Part shown: positions 35,935-48,543 of the stretch, piece after piece
Position numbering within the stretch: the stretch's first letter is position 1
Layout of the letters: each line of letters begins with the position of its first letter
Source of the DNA: Hypanus sabinus
Lineage: Eukaryota
Direction: 5' to 3'
Assembly (NCBI RefSeq): GCF_030144855.1
Contig: NC_082724.1
Coordinates: forward strand, 16,430,001-16,494,000
DNA length: 64,000 nucleotides
Translations under genes and position numbers: made by a program
Notes under the pieces: model-generated
What the model was told of the DNA's origin: nothing
What the model saw: only the letters and a program-made list of their open reading frames with translations
Databases searched by the model: none

Positions 35935-37745
35935 AGGTTTAGCTTTATTGTCATATACACTTAATGGACTGTGAAAAGTTCATCTCCATGCTTTTCATAC
36001 GGATCAATACATTACATGGTGCATTAGATAGTACAAGGTAAGGCAATAACAGAATACAGAATAAAATGTAGTAGCTACAGAGAAAGTACAGTGCAGGTAG
36101 ATATTTAAAGTGCAAGATAATAACGAGGTAGATTGTGAGGTGAAGAGTCCACCTTATACTATGCATTTCTCTTATAACAGCAGAGTAGAAGCTAACTTCA
36201 GTCTCTTAATACACTTGTTCAGGCTTTTGTATCTTTTTCCTGATAGGAGGAAGAAGAATGGGGTGAATGATTATGTTTTGGCAGCTTTAGTGAGGCAGCA
36301 ACATTAGGGGGGGGGGCTGCTTTCCACAAACCTCTGCAGTTTCTTGTGGTCACGTGTAGACCAGTTGCAGTACTTTGCAGTGGTGCACCCAGATTGGATA
36401 CTTTTTATGGTGTATCAGTAAGGCTCAATGGGACCGTGCCAGATTTCTATAGCCTCTTGAGGAAGAGGAAGAAGAGGCATTGATGAGTTTTCTCGGCCAT
36501 GGCATCTGCATGGTTGAATCAGGACAGTTTATTGATAATGTTCACTCCTAGGGGCTTGAAGGTCCCAACCCTCTCAACTTCAACATCATGAATATAAACA
36601 GGAGTATCTGTACCATCATCCCTCATGAAGTTAATGACCAGCTCATTGTTTTTCTGACATTGAGGGAAAAATTGTTGTCATGACTCCATACCATTAGGCT
36701 CTCTATCTGCTTCCTGTACTCTGACTCATTGTTATCTAAGATAAGGCCCACTAATGTGGTGTCAGAGGCAAATTTGTAGATGGAGTTACAGCAGAATCTG
36801 GCCATGCAGTTGTGAGTATATAGGGAGTAGAGTAAGGGCTGAGCAGGGGGCAACCTTATGGGACACCAGTGTTCAGAGTAACTGAGGCAGAGGTGTTGCT
36901 GCCTACCTTTACTGATTGTGGTCTGTTATCAGGAAGTCAAGAATCCAGTAGCAGAGGAAGGTATTAATTCCCAGCTCTTGGAGTTCGGTAAAGAGATTGC
37001 TTGGAAATACAGTATTAAAGGCAGAGCTATAGTCAATAAACAATAGTTTAATGTAAATTGGGGACCTCTGCTTCATCTGCAAAAAATGGAACTTCCCCAT
37101 GGCCAAACGTTTTAATTCTGATTCCATTCCATTCTGATATATGTGTCCATGTACTCTTTTGTGCCATGATGTGGCCACCCTCAGGGTGGAGGAGCAACAC
37201 CTTATAATCCAGCTCCTATCAGATTCCTTCCTCTCCAACCCTTCACCTTTCCTACCCAAATGGCATCATCTAACAGCTTCTAGCTATCCTCCTTCCTTCC
37301 CCCCCCCCACCCCCCCCCACGCACACCTTTTTAATCTGGTGTCTTCCCTCTTCCTTTCCAGTCTTGAAGAAGGGTCTTGGCCCAAAACATTGACTGCTTA
37401 TTCATTTCCATAGATTCTGGCTGATCAGGTGAATTCCTTCATTATTTTATGAGTGTTACATAGTCTAATATAAGTGTCTTTACTGTCCAACAGAGATGAG
37501 AATTGAGCCTGTGAGACAGTATCGGCTGTAGGAACAGTTTTGATGGTAAGCCATTTGTAGTGGGTTGAGCTTCTCTGGGTGGCTGAAGTACTTCATGATG
37601 TTGGATGTTAGAGCCACTGAGTGGTAGTCATTAAGACACATTACATTGTTTTTCTTGGGTACCCAGAAGATAGTGGTCTTTTTAGAAAAGATGGGAATTA
37701 CAAGTTGCAGCAGAGAGAAGTTAAAAATGTCTGCAAGTAGTGATT
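35935..37745 (-). mobile_element. Rex1/Babar LINE fragments with an inserted Penelope-like piece (about 37060-37460, +)
   Basis: [33 protein letters not shown] and [11 protein letters not shown] motifs; Penelope-type [11 protein letters not shown] and a hammerhead-like motif at 37358-37396. Confidence 0.75.
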
Positions 37746-37894
37746 TTGTTGAAGAAAAAAGCAACCAATTTCAAATGTATTTCTCAGGATGTGGATGATG
37801 CAGACAAAGCCACTTTTTATTCCCTGTATCTAATTGTCCCCTGAACAGAATGGTGTGCTAAACCATTTCCAAAGGTATTTATAAAGAAAACATA

Positions 37895-38320
37895 AACATT
37901 GATTTCTTCTTCCAGTAATTTTATTTTCTCTTTTTTTCTATGCGCCTCCCTCTTCTGTCTTCCATTCGACACGCTGGCTCTTACCTCTTCTCCTCAACTG
38001 CCAATCACCTCCCTCTGGTACCCTTCTTCCTTAAGTTTCTCCCATGGTCCACACATTTCTCCTTCTTCCTTCTTCTCCAGTCCTTTGCATTTCCCACCCA
38101 GCTAGCTTCACCTATCACCCTGTAGCTTATCCTCCTTCCTCCTCCACTCCTCCCCTTCCTTTTTATTCTGGTGTCTTCCCCCTTACTTTCCAGACCTGAT
38201 GAAGCGTCTCAGTCCAGTAGTTTATTAATCTTCATAGATGCTGCCTGAACTGCTGAGTTCCTCTAGCATTTTCTCCATGTTGCTCAGGATTTCCAGCGTC
38301 CACAGAACCTCTTGTATTTA
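37895..38320 (+). mobile_element. Penelope-like 3' end/pLTR
   Basis: A pyrimidine-rich tail, CTGATGAAGCGTCTC, and the terminal gatgctgcctgaactgctgagttcctctagcatttt. Confidence 0.7.
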
Positions 38321-39189
38321 AGAATGTTGTTCGAATCATATCAGAGATTGAAGGATTTCTTCCTTTAAAGTGATGTAGGTGAATTTTTACAACCTACGGT
38401 GGTTTTATGGTGATCACTGATATTTTTTAAATTTCAGAATTATTAAAATACTTGAATTTAAATTTCCCTGATTCAATCTTGTGACTCCATGTCAATCGTC
38501 CAGACCACTGGTCACTGGAAGGAAAGGGACAGTGCTTAAGAAGCATGCCATTCACAAGAATAACAAGCTGATTACTGTATTGTATTGTGTAATTCTTACT
38601 GAGTATTGTGTATCCATACTCTGTTTCCCATTTGAAAATTGCTCACCTTCAGCTATGCTCAGATTGGATAGTAGAGATTACTTCTGAATTGAACGGCAGT
38701 GGATACATTTCATTAGCTCTATAAATCAATTTGAAGAATTGTGACGCTACCTCTTCTGTTCAAGATTGTTTAATGGCATTTCCTGTACATAAGGGTAAGG
38801 AGAACAATATAATTGTTACTTTGGATCTGATGCAGCACAAAAGAAACACAAAAATAAAGAACATAGTAATAATAAAACATACAATAAATATAAATCATAA
38901 GATATCTTGACTATTCAGATAGATATGGAAGATATATACATTGATTGTATGTCCATAAAATAACGCTGGGCTGTACATAAGATGACTGACAGGAAATAAT
39001 AAAGTATTGGTAGAGTTAGTGGGTGGAGATGTTGATCAGTCTTGCTACTTGGTGAAAATAACTGTTTGTGCATATGATGGTGCTGGTGTGGATGCTATGT
39101 AGCCTCCTCCCCGATGGGAGTGGGACAAACAGTCCATGAGCAGGGTGTGTAGGATCCTTCTGGCACATTTCTGTATATATACACTCAGA

Positions 39190-41040
39190 CAGAATTCAGC
39201 AGCTCCATTACTTTTGCTGCCAAAAATGTCCCTGCCTTCATCTTCAGGCTCTGACTCTTCCCTTCTTTTCCTGGATCTGACTCCTATCTCAGTAGAAAGG
39301 CAGCACATCCATCACAAGCCTACTGACTCTCACACTCATCTCAACTACAATCCATCCCTCCCTGCCTCATGTAAGGACTCCATTCCATTCTTCTAATTCC
39401 TCTGTCTTCATTGCATTAGCTGTGATTATGAGACTTTCCATACAGGTGACTTTGAAATGCCTCCTTTCTTTTAAAATGGCAGCTTTCCTTCTGCCATTGT
39501 TAATAAGCCCCTCGAGCACATTATGCTCATTTCCCATGTCTCTGCTCTCACTCTGGTACAGAACAAAAGTTCCCTTTGTCCTCTCATTACACCTCACCAA
39601 TCTTCACATTCAGCAGTTTATTTGTCACAATTTCCACCACCTTCAAAAAGATTCCACTGACTGATAAATCTTAAGAAACGTACACAAAATGCTGGAGGAA
39701 TTCAGCAGGTCGGACAGCATCTGTGAAAGTTAATAAACAGTAAATGTTTAGGGCTGAGACCCTCCTTCAGGACTGGAAAGGAAGAGGAAAACACAAGAAT
39801 AAAAAAGTGTGGAGGGGTGTTACGGGTGGGAAAGAGGATCCCTTTGAAGGTGATAGGTGAACCCAGGTGGGTAGGAACAGTAAGTGGCTAGAGTGGAATA
39901 AATCTGATAGAATAGGAAAGTGGAGTTTAGGAGGAAGGGAAGGAGGAGCAAACCCGGGGGTGGGGAGGGGGGTGATGGGCAGGTGAGAAGAGATAAAAGC
40001 TCAGAGTGGGGAATAGAAGAGGAGAGGGGGCAGGAATATCTTTTTAACAGGAAGGCAACCCTGGATATAAGGAATATAAGGTGTTGGTCCTCCACCCTGA
40101 GGGTGGCCTCATCGTGGCACAAGAGGAGGCCTTGGACAGACATGTTGGAACGGGAATCAGAATCGGAATTAAAATGTTTGGTCACCAGAAGGTTCTGCTT
40201 CTGGCAGATGGAGTGGAGGTGCTCGCTGAAACAGTTCCCCAATTTATGGCGTATCTCACCAATGTAGAAGGTGCCGCATCGGGAGCACTTGACACAACAG
40301 ATGACCCCACCAGATTGCAACTGATGTGTTGCCTCACCTGGAAGGGCTGTTTGGGGTCCTGAGTGGTGAGGGAGGGAATGAATGGACAGGCATAGCACTT
40401 TGGCTACTTGCAGTGGGAGAGGAACGAATGGGCAAGGGAATGACGGAGGCAGCAATCCCTGTGGAAAGCAGAGAGTGGGAGGGTTAAAGATGTGCTTAGT
40501 GGTAGGATCCCTTTGGAGATGGCGGGAGCTGTGGAGAATGATGTGGTGCTCGCTCCTCCACTATTAATATATTGAAGGAACTGTTCCCTTCATGATTTTC
40601 TGATCCACTCTTCCCTTTACACTATCAATTCCCGTTTTTCATGTTGCAGCTAATGGTGATGCAACACTTACCCTTTCAGCCTTTCCCTTCTGGACATCCA
40701 GAGATCCAAATGAGTTCCAGGTGAATCAGGGATTCAATTGCACTTCTTCCAATATAGTGCCCTTCATTTGGTATTCCTCTGATTCAGCCCCTCTGATTTA
40801 GAGAGACCAAATGAAGATTGATTATTGCTTTATGGAACGCGTGCAGTTTAGTCCACAGGAACAACACTAAGCTTCTAGATGCCTATCACTTTAATTTCTC
40901 ATCCTTCTCCCTCTCTGATCTCTCTAGTCAATCTTTGGCCTCCTGTACCGCCACAGTGAAGCCGAATGAAGCTTGAGGAACAGCACCTCATTTTCCACCT
41001 TGGTGCTTTGCAGCCTTTTGGACTCAACAGCTTCATGTAA
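39190..41040 (+). mobile_element. Older decayed Penelope-like element (RT + GIY-YIG) with a younger antisense Penelope-like copy nested at about 39670-40560
   Basis: HHKPTDSHTHLNY and SCKDSIPF (RT) on +; GVICCVKCSRCGTFYIGEIRHKLG (GIY-YIG) on - in ORF 39820-40455; LEEQHLIF on + near 40975. Confidence 0.7.
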
Positions 41041-42297
41041 CTTGATCTCTTGGTTATCCATCTAATATTATCTCAACATTTTTTTAACAGTTCCCTTTCT
41101 TCTCTGCTGGCTATGTCACCCTGATCTGCATTTCCCGACTCCCAACTTGCTTTTATCTAGGCTCTCATTCTCTTTCTGCTTCCATTCACTCACTGAGCTG
41201 ATAACCTTGATTACATCTTATCCATATGGTCACGACACTTGTACCCAATCAGAAAAATTCCCTTCCCTAACCTCTCTACAAGAATTTCCTATCTCCTCTT
41301 CAGTTCTGATACAGGATATCTTTCCTCCAATATTGACTATTTTCTCTCTCACAAATTAAACCTGGCCTGCCGAGTAATTTGCTGTACTTTCTGTCTTTGT
41401 TAAATAATTGTTTTGTTTTTCATATTCTACAATACATGTCACTTAGATGATCATCTCACTTTTCATGAAAACTTCTCCTTGCCATCTTTAGATCATCAAT
41501 TGTGACTGAAAAAGATTGGAACAGTTCACGCAGAACCCAGCAGGCATTTCACAGTCGCACTTAAGTATTGAGGATGTGTAGTTCCAGGTGCAACAGAGCA
41601 ACAATCCTGTGAAGTGTGTGGTCCATGAGCAGTAATTAGGAACAGGTGCTGCAAACCCCAGTTCCACTCAAGCTGTTAGAAGGCCTTTTCATTGTGTCCC
41701 AATGTCAATGATATTCAGAAATAGTTGGAGAGTATTTAAAAGAAAATTAAAATCTATTTAATAAAACATTCACTTAAAGCACACTTTATTGATACAAAAT
41801 AATTGAAAACTTCGATGCTATGAATTTTTTTTATATAAACTTGCTTTCATTGAATTTTTTAATAAATGAGGTTGCACCAGACAGACCAGCTGTGGCTGAC
41901 GAAAAACCGTGAGTGTTCACATGTGGTTTATATAACCCTTGAGTTTCATAAATTACAGAATGTCCTGGACTTGGTAGTAAGTACAGGGGTGGATGGAAAT
42001 ATCTGATGCACCATACATGGCTTCTGATGTGGTGATCTGCCATGGAATTTCTTCATCCTGAGGATGGTAAATCTGTAGAATTACCTAATCACAAGAAGTC
42101 ACAATTGCTGAACATTTTTGGGACAAAGTAGTCGATTTTTAGGTTTAAAGGAATCAAGGGAAATGAGGTACCAAGGGATCTCAGCCAGGATCTTATTTAC
42201 TTATTATTAACAAAGCAGATACAAGAGCCTGAATGGTCTAAACTTGGATATTTTTAATTGTGCTCTAGCATTGCAGAAGCATTGAAAACTTGGTTAT

Positions 42298-42514
42298 TGA
42301 TGCACCATCAATAACTCACTCTGAGACGTAAAGGCGAGATATCGGCTTTTGTTGACTGGAAGAAGGAACAGGCAGTGGTTGACCACCATACTACATCCTG
42401 GAGACAGAGAGGCTGGGCTCAGACCTCAATCGCCTTTATACAGGGCTCTGTGGGGGGAGCCGCAGGAGCAGTCAGCAGGGGGCGTGTCCAGACAGGTGTA
42501 TGTAGTTCACCACA
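42298..42514 (-). mobile_element. Solo LTR (217 bp), Gypsy/BEL-like
   Basis: TG...CA termini; 5-bp TSD gttat / gctat; minus-strand TATAAA and a degenerate poly(A) signal. Confidence 0.6.
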
Positions 42515-42658
42515 GCTATACGCTGTACTTGTGAAATATATATGCCCACAATACTAAACAAAAGAAAACCTGCAGATACTGGAAATCCAGGTAACACACA
42601 CAAAATGCTGGAGGAACTCAGTAGGCCAGGCAGCATCTATGGAAAAGTGTGTGAGTCC

Positions 42659-43941
42659 CAGACTTCCCACCTCTTCCGGAAGTTCCAGGAGTCTCCTGCA
42701 TATTGATAGTGGCTCCCGACACCCACAAATTATATACAATATCCCAGAAATCAATTTTTTGAGAACAAGAGAGGGGGTGGGGAGAGGGAAGAGGAGAGGA
42801 TAAGGGAGGGAGAGGGGGAGAGAGAGAGAGAAAGAGAGAGAGAGAGAAAATGAGAGAATCCTGATTGGTCTCTCTTTGTGCTAAGTAGACCTACCAGTTT
42901 TCTCTATGGGCGGGCTTTACAGTCAACATCTCTCTCTCTCTCTTTCATTGTCCATCAGTTCAGTTTAGTGTCCTGCAACACCATGGCAGAGTGTTCCAAA
43001 AAAAGAAAATATAAAATGTTCTTCATCCCAGACTATGCTAAAGTGTACCCCTGCCTAATAGGGGTCAAAAATGCTCACTGCACTGTTTGCAACAGTGATT
43101 TTCTATTGCCCATGGTGGGTTAAATGACTGTAAAAGACATGTTGAGGAGAGTTTAACAGGAGTCATTCGTTTATTAGGATGGCTAACATTATTTAAACTA
43201 GCTGGCTAGCTGCTAAGGAGCTACTCTATTGATATCCTATGTGATGAGGCCAAACTCCCTGTAGACTTGCTTAAAATTGTAATAGAATAATAAAATGACT
43301 CCATGATAATATAAGTACATATTTTAATGTCACATTTTCTGCATAAGACAATATAATAAGGATACATCTTATGCAGTTGAGATTCAAAGAGCTCTGCCAG
43401 TTGATGAAGCTGCTTTTGGTGCTGCCAAATTCTAATTGTGATGCAGAAAGGGCATTCAGCATGTTGTGTCGCATTAAGACAGAATTCAGAAGTCAGCTGT
43501 CTCACAAAACACTTGTGAATCTGATGTCTTGCAAAATTAACAAATTCATTGACACAGACTGCTATGAGCTTGAGACTTCCGGCAAAATGCTCAAATCTGC
43601 CAAACAAGCCTCTTCACAGTACAAGGAAAGTTTGCAAAAGAAATAGAAAAGCTATTTGCATTAGTATTTAGCTATTAGCATTGAGACTGCCAACAAAATA
43701 CACAAAATACTCAACAAGAAACGTGTGCGTGCGTGCGTGCGTGTGTGTGTGTGTGTGTGTGTGTAAATAGCTTCAATATGTGATCAAATAATTTGTTGTG
43801 TTCTTTCGTAATTAAGTTTCCTGTATACATACACCCTTGGAAGTCTTCCGGGGGGTGGGGGGGGGAGGGATATGAGGTTGCAGGGGGCATGGGTGGTGGT
43901 GCTACCTCCCTGAAATGAGTTTTTGCAGGGTGGGATGTCTG
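42659..43941 (+). mobile_element. Internally deleted hAT-superfamily element with a 6-bp TSD
   Basis: TIR CAGACTTCCCACC / GGTGGGATGTCTG and TSD GAGTCC. It retains a BED-like zinc-finger remnant (AHCTVCNSDF...DCKRHVE, about 43075-43146) and a hATC dimerisation domain (LPNSNCDAERAFS, ORF 43371-43646). Confidence 0.85.
43723..43764. repeat. (GTGC)n/(GT)n microsatellite
   Basis: Read directly. Confidence 0.9.
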
Positions 43942-44309
43942 GAGTCCTGCTGAAGGGTCTCGTCCTGAAACGTCAACAGTTTACTCTTTTCCACAGATGC
44001 TGCCTGACCTGCTGATTTCCTCCAGCATTTTGTGTGTGATGCCCACAATACTGTCAGGATTTTGTCAATGCACATTGCTTATGGAAAAAATATAACTCTG
44101 GTTATGTTTTTGATAAATGATCTGATTTTCTTTGATTTTGATGTCCAAAGGTTCAGTGTTCTTTTAGACGTATGTGTGAGATCACAGCTTAGAAATCTGC
44201 TTGAGCAATTATCATTTTCTTCATTAGTTATCTCCTAACATTGACCCTACTTACAGAAGCTTCATTCTCAATATCTCATCTTCAAAGTGAACAAATGGAA
44301 ACTAACCAT

Positions 44310-44720
44310 AAACACAAGGATTCTGCAGATATTAGAAATCCAGACCCACACACACAAAAAACTGGTGGACCTCAGCAAGTCAGGCAGCATCTACAGAGGA
44401 GAATGGACAGTTGACATTTCAGCCTAAAACCCTGCATCAGGACTGGAAAGGAAGGCGGCAGAAGTCAGAATAAGAAGGTGGGGAATAAGAGGAAGCAAGT
44501 AAAGCTGGCATGTGATAGGTGAGACCAAGAGAGGAGAAATGAAGTAAGACGCTGGACGGTGATAAGTGGAAGAGATAAAAGGCTGGAGAAGAAGGAATCT
44601 GGTAGGAAATGACAGTGGATCATGGGAGAAAGGGAATACAGAGGGAACCAGTGGCAGTTGATGGACAGGCGAGGAGGAGAAAAGGAGTAAGGGGGAGCCA
44701 GAATGGGAATGAAAGCAGAG
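44310..44720 (-). mobile_element. Penelope-like 3' end/pLTR
   Basis: Same terminal motif as the other copies, with a degenerate hammerhead at 44408-44446. Confidence 0.7.
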
Positions 44721-46239
44721 AAAAGTTGCACCTACACATGGATTTTGTTTTAAAGTAAATATTATAAAATAATATTGCTCCAAATTAACTTAATACAAAC
44801 CTGAATCTAACTGAATCTTGGCCCGTTGTTCCTGGGATTACTAAGATATATTGCTAATAATTAACTTATTCATTCAGTTAACACAAATATATAGAAAATT
44901 TCACTGCAGTACTTGAATCAAATTAAAACACCTCTGCTTTATGTTCTATAATGTTTAGTGAATCACTGGTTATTAAATGTTGGACCACTGGCTACCTTGC
45001 TTACTTGCTTTTATGTCTAGTTAATGAAAGTTAGATTAGTGAGCAGAAAGTAATAATAAAAAAAGGTTCATTGCAGTATTAAAAGATTCTTTTAGAGTTC
45101 ATTTTGTAGACTACCAATATAAAGTTTGATGCTTTCCATTGTTCTCACCCTTTTTCCTTCATGGAAGAGGTTTCTAAATTTTTAGATGTACCCCCATGTC
45201 TAAGTAAAACCAGGTGTGCTATCAAATACTAACAAGTCATTATTTTAATTAGTAAAATATTAGTTAAATTGCATCTTTTTTTTAAAGTTGCTAAGCAAAA
45301 TGTTAGCAAACATTGCTAAGCAAAATGTAGAAACACAACAAATGGTTGATGCTGTGTGGAGCTATTTATTTGGATAGTAAATTTCAGCCAGTGAAGAATT
45401 ACAATAGAACTCTGACATAGTAAGATAGAGAATTCTGATGCAGAATTTGTATATTATAACAATAAATCCAGTGCATTTCTGTTTTGAGTTTTGTCTTTCA
45501 TTAATAGAACATATAAATTCCCAACTATGTCTATTTGGGGCATTCAGTTTAAATCGTAAGTGATCTGTTTGTATGATTTAAATTGTGTATATGTATCCAA
45601 GACAAGAAAAATTGTACTCCTGATGAGTTTTAAAGAGTTATAAATGTTGGATGTCTCTGTGCATCTAGATTAAGGTGGTGTGGTCTTTCAGACTTTGTGC
45701 CAGTTCAATGAATAAAAATGGTTTCATTATTTTTTCTTTGTTTCCTCAGTTGTACGGCACCTGCTGGAAGAACTGAGGAACTTGTCCCATAAGACTGGTG
45801 TAAATGTTACTTGTTACTGGCCAAGTGAAGGCAATGACAAAGTAAAATAAAATGTTTAAAAAGAAACTGCAGATGCTGGAAATCTGAAATAAAAACAGAA
45901 AATGCAGGAAATACTCAGTAGGTTGAGCTGCATCAGTTGAAAGAGAACCAGAGCTAAAGATTCAGGTCAGCGACCTTTCATCAAAACTGAGAAGAAAACA
46001 AAAGAATCTTGTTAAGCCAAGTGGAGGGTGGAGGTGAGCAGTTCTGCCCAAAGGGAGGTAAATTACAACTTCAAACTTATTTCATTATTTAGGATAAGTA
46101 CAGTAGGTGAAAATTGTATTGATTCCAATGTTAGTCACCAAGATAACAGGAAATATTGTCAGTAATCGCTAGGAAAATGAAGTGTAACACAGGCCCAAAA
46201 TACTGCAATTATTGCAATTAAATTTTAAATCTGTGCAAA

Positions 46240-48315
46240 TAGAGCTTTGACAAGCGGCCTGTCTCTTGGAGAGGAGGGGACTTCAATCAGGTCCTCTGTC
46301 CGAAAACAAGTCGCAGCAGCATAATAGAGCTTTGACCAGCAGCCAGTCAGCATCTGGGATTGATTAATAACAGCAAATTAAAAAGGAAGGTAGGGGCAAG
46401 TGTGGTGGCCATCGTTGCAGCAGCTGTTGTCGGAGTGAACATAGTGAGAGTGGTGATCTTGAGGCTTTAGCTCTTCAAGGCTTCCGCAAAGAGAGGCTTC
46501 TCTCAGAAAGCAAAGGAAAGAAAAGCTCAAGTTTTTTTCATTCTCTTTATATCTGCTCAGCTAGAGATAGCAGCGATGCCAGGCAGGATAGTGGAATGTT
46601 CCTCTTACGGGATCTGGGATAGAAGGGAGACCCCGGGGGGGGGGGGGGTCAGTGGGGGGCACTGGGGGGCAGTGTCCCTGATGACCACGACTGCGAGAAG
46701 AGCAAACAGCTGCAGCTTCTAACAAGCTATGTTAGGGAGTTCAAGAAATGGTGTTCACCACCATTTTTGCTGGAGAATTTGGGAATGCGCAATAAATGTT
46801 GATATTGGGAGCAAGGTTCATATTTTGTGAGTATAAACTTAAAGAAATGCTCATCATAAGTATTTATCTTCTGGTATTATGTTGTGCAGTCATTGAGGTG
46901 TTTTGAGAAAATGTGGGCATGTACAAGGTTAAGATTTTGGAAAGTAAGCTATAGGCCAGTTAACCTGGCCTCAGTGGTTGGGAAGATGTTGGAGTCAATT
47001 ATTAAGGATGAGGTCTCAGGGCACTCGGAGGTACATGATAAAATCGCCCATAGTCAGCATGGTTTCCTCAAGGGAAAACCTTGCCTGACCAATCTGTTAA
47101 AATTTTTTGAAGAAATAACAAGCAGGCTAGACAAAGGAGAATCAGTTGATGTTGTGCGCTAGGATTTTCAAAAGGCCTTTGACAAGGTGCCACGCATGAG
47201 GCTGCTTAACAAGCTGCATGGTATTACAGAAAATGTTCTAGCATGGATAAACAATGGCTGATTGGCAGGAGGCAAAGAGTAGGAATAAAGAGAGCCTTTT
47301 CTGACTGGCTGCCAGTGACTAGTGGTGTTCCACAGGATTCTGTGTTGGGTCCAATTCTTTTTACGTTATATGTCAATGATTTGGATGTTGAAATTGATGG
47401 GTTGTTGCAAATTTGCAGATGATATGAAGACAGATGAGGAGCAAGTGATTTTGTGGAAATAGGCTACTAAAGGACAGACAGTTTAGGAGGATGGGCAAAG
47501 AAATGACAGATGGATTACAATGTTTGGAAGTGTATGATCATGCACTTTGGTGGAAGAAATGAAAGGGTTGGCTATTTTCTAAATGAAGAGAAAACATAAA
47601 AAACTGAGGTGCAAAGGGACTTATGCAGGATTCCCTAAAGGTTTATTTGCAGGTTGAGTCTGTGGTAAGGAAGGCAAATGCAATCTTAGTATTTATTTCA
47701 AGAGAGCCAGAATATAAAAGCAAGAATGTAATCTTGAAACTTTAAAGCACTGGTGAGGCCACATGGAGTACAGTATTGTGAGCAGCTTTGGGCCCCTTAT
47801 CTTTGAAAGGATGTGCTGAAACTGGAGAGGGTTCAAAGGAGGTTCATGAAAATGATTCCAGGATTGAATGGCTTATCATATGAAAAGTGTCTGATAACTC
47901 TGGGCCTGTATTCACTGGAATTCAGAAGAATGAGGGGTGACCTCATTGAAACCTTTCAAATGGTAAAAGGCCTAGATAAGGTGAATGTGGAGAGGATGTT
48001 TTCTATGGTAAGAGCATCTAACACCAGAGGATCCAGCCTCAGAATAGAGGGGAGTCATTTTAGAATGGAGATGAGGGGTAATTTCTTAAGACAGAAGGTG
48101 ATGAATCTGTGGAATTCTTTGCCACAGGCAGCTGTGGAAACCAAATCATATTTAAGGCAGAGATTGATAGATTCTTGATTGATCAGGGCATGAAGAGATA
48201 CAGGGAGAAGGCAGGAGATTGGGGCTGAGGGGAAAATTGGATCAGACATGATGAAATAGCAGAGCAGACTCAATGAGGCAAATGGCCTAATTCTGCTCCT
48301 ATATCTTATGGTCTA
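46240..48315 (+). mobile_element. CR1 LINE: 5'UTR and ORF1 start, large internal deletion, then RT and 3' end
   Basis: ORF1 zinc-finger remnant (VPDDHDCEKSKQLQLL near 46675); RT motifs YRPVNLASVVGKMLESII, QHGFLKGKPCLTNLL, DFQKAFDKVPH and LERVQRRF. Confidence 0.85.
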
Positions 48316-48543
48316 AATAAATCCTTCTTCATGGGTTCAAGAAATGGTGTTCACCACCATTTTTGTTGGACAATTTAGGAATGTACAATAAATGTTGACA
48401 TTGGTAGCAAAATACTCATTTTGTGAGTATAAATTTAAAGTAGTCATCATAAGTATTTACTTATGATTACTTACTCATCATAAGTATTGTGTGTAGTCTT
48501 TGCAGTCCCATGGGCATTTACAAGGTCAAGATTCTGGAAAAGT
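46739..48543. repeat. Diverged ~205-bp direct repeat (46739-46945 and 48335-48543)
   Basis: Both copies start gttcaagaaatggtgttcaccaccatttttg and end caagg.yaagattytggaaa(a)gt. Confidence 0.85.

Noticed and set aside
43371-43646. Domesticated hAT/ZBED gene exon
   Set aside because: It lies within TIRs and a TSD in an internally deleted element whose N-terminal remnant is frameshifted.
46739-48543. LTR retrotransposon (direct repeats flanking an RT)
   Set aside because: The RT is CR1 (non-LTR) with its own 3' tail, and the repeats lack TG...CA ends, a PBS and a PPT.
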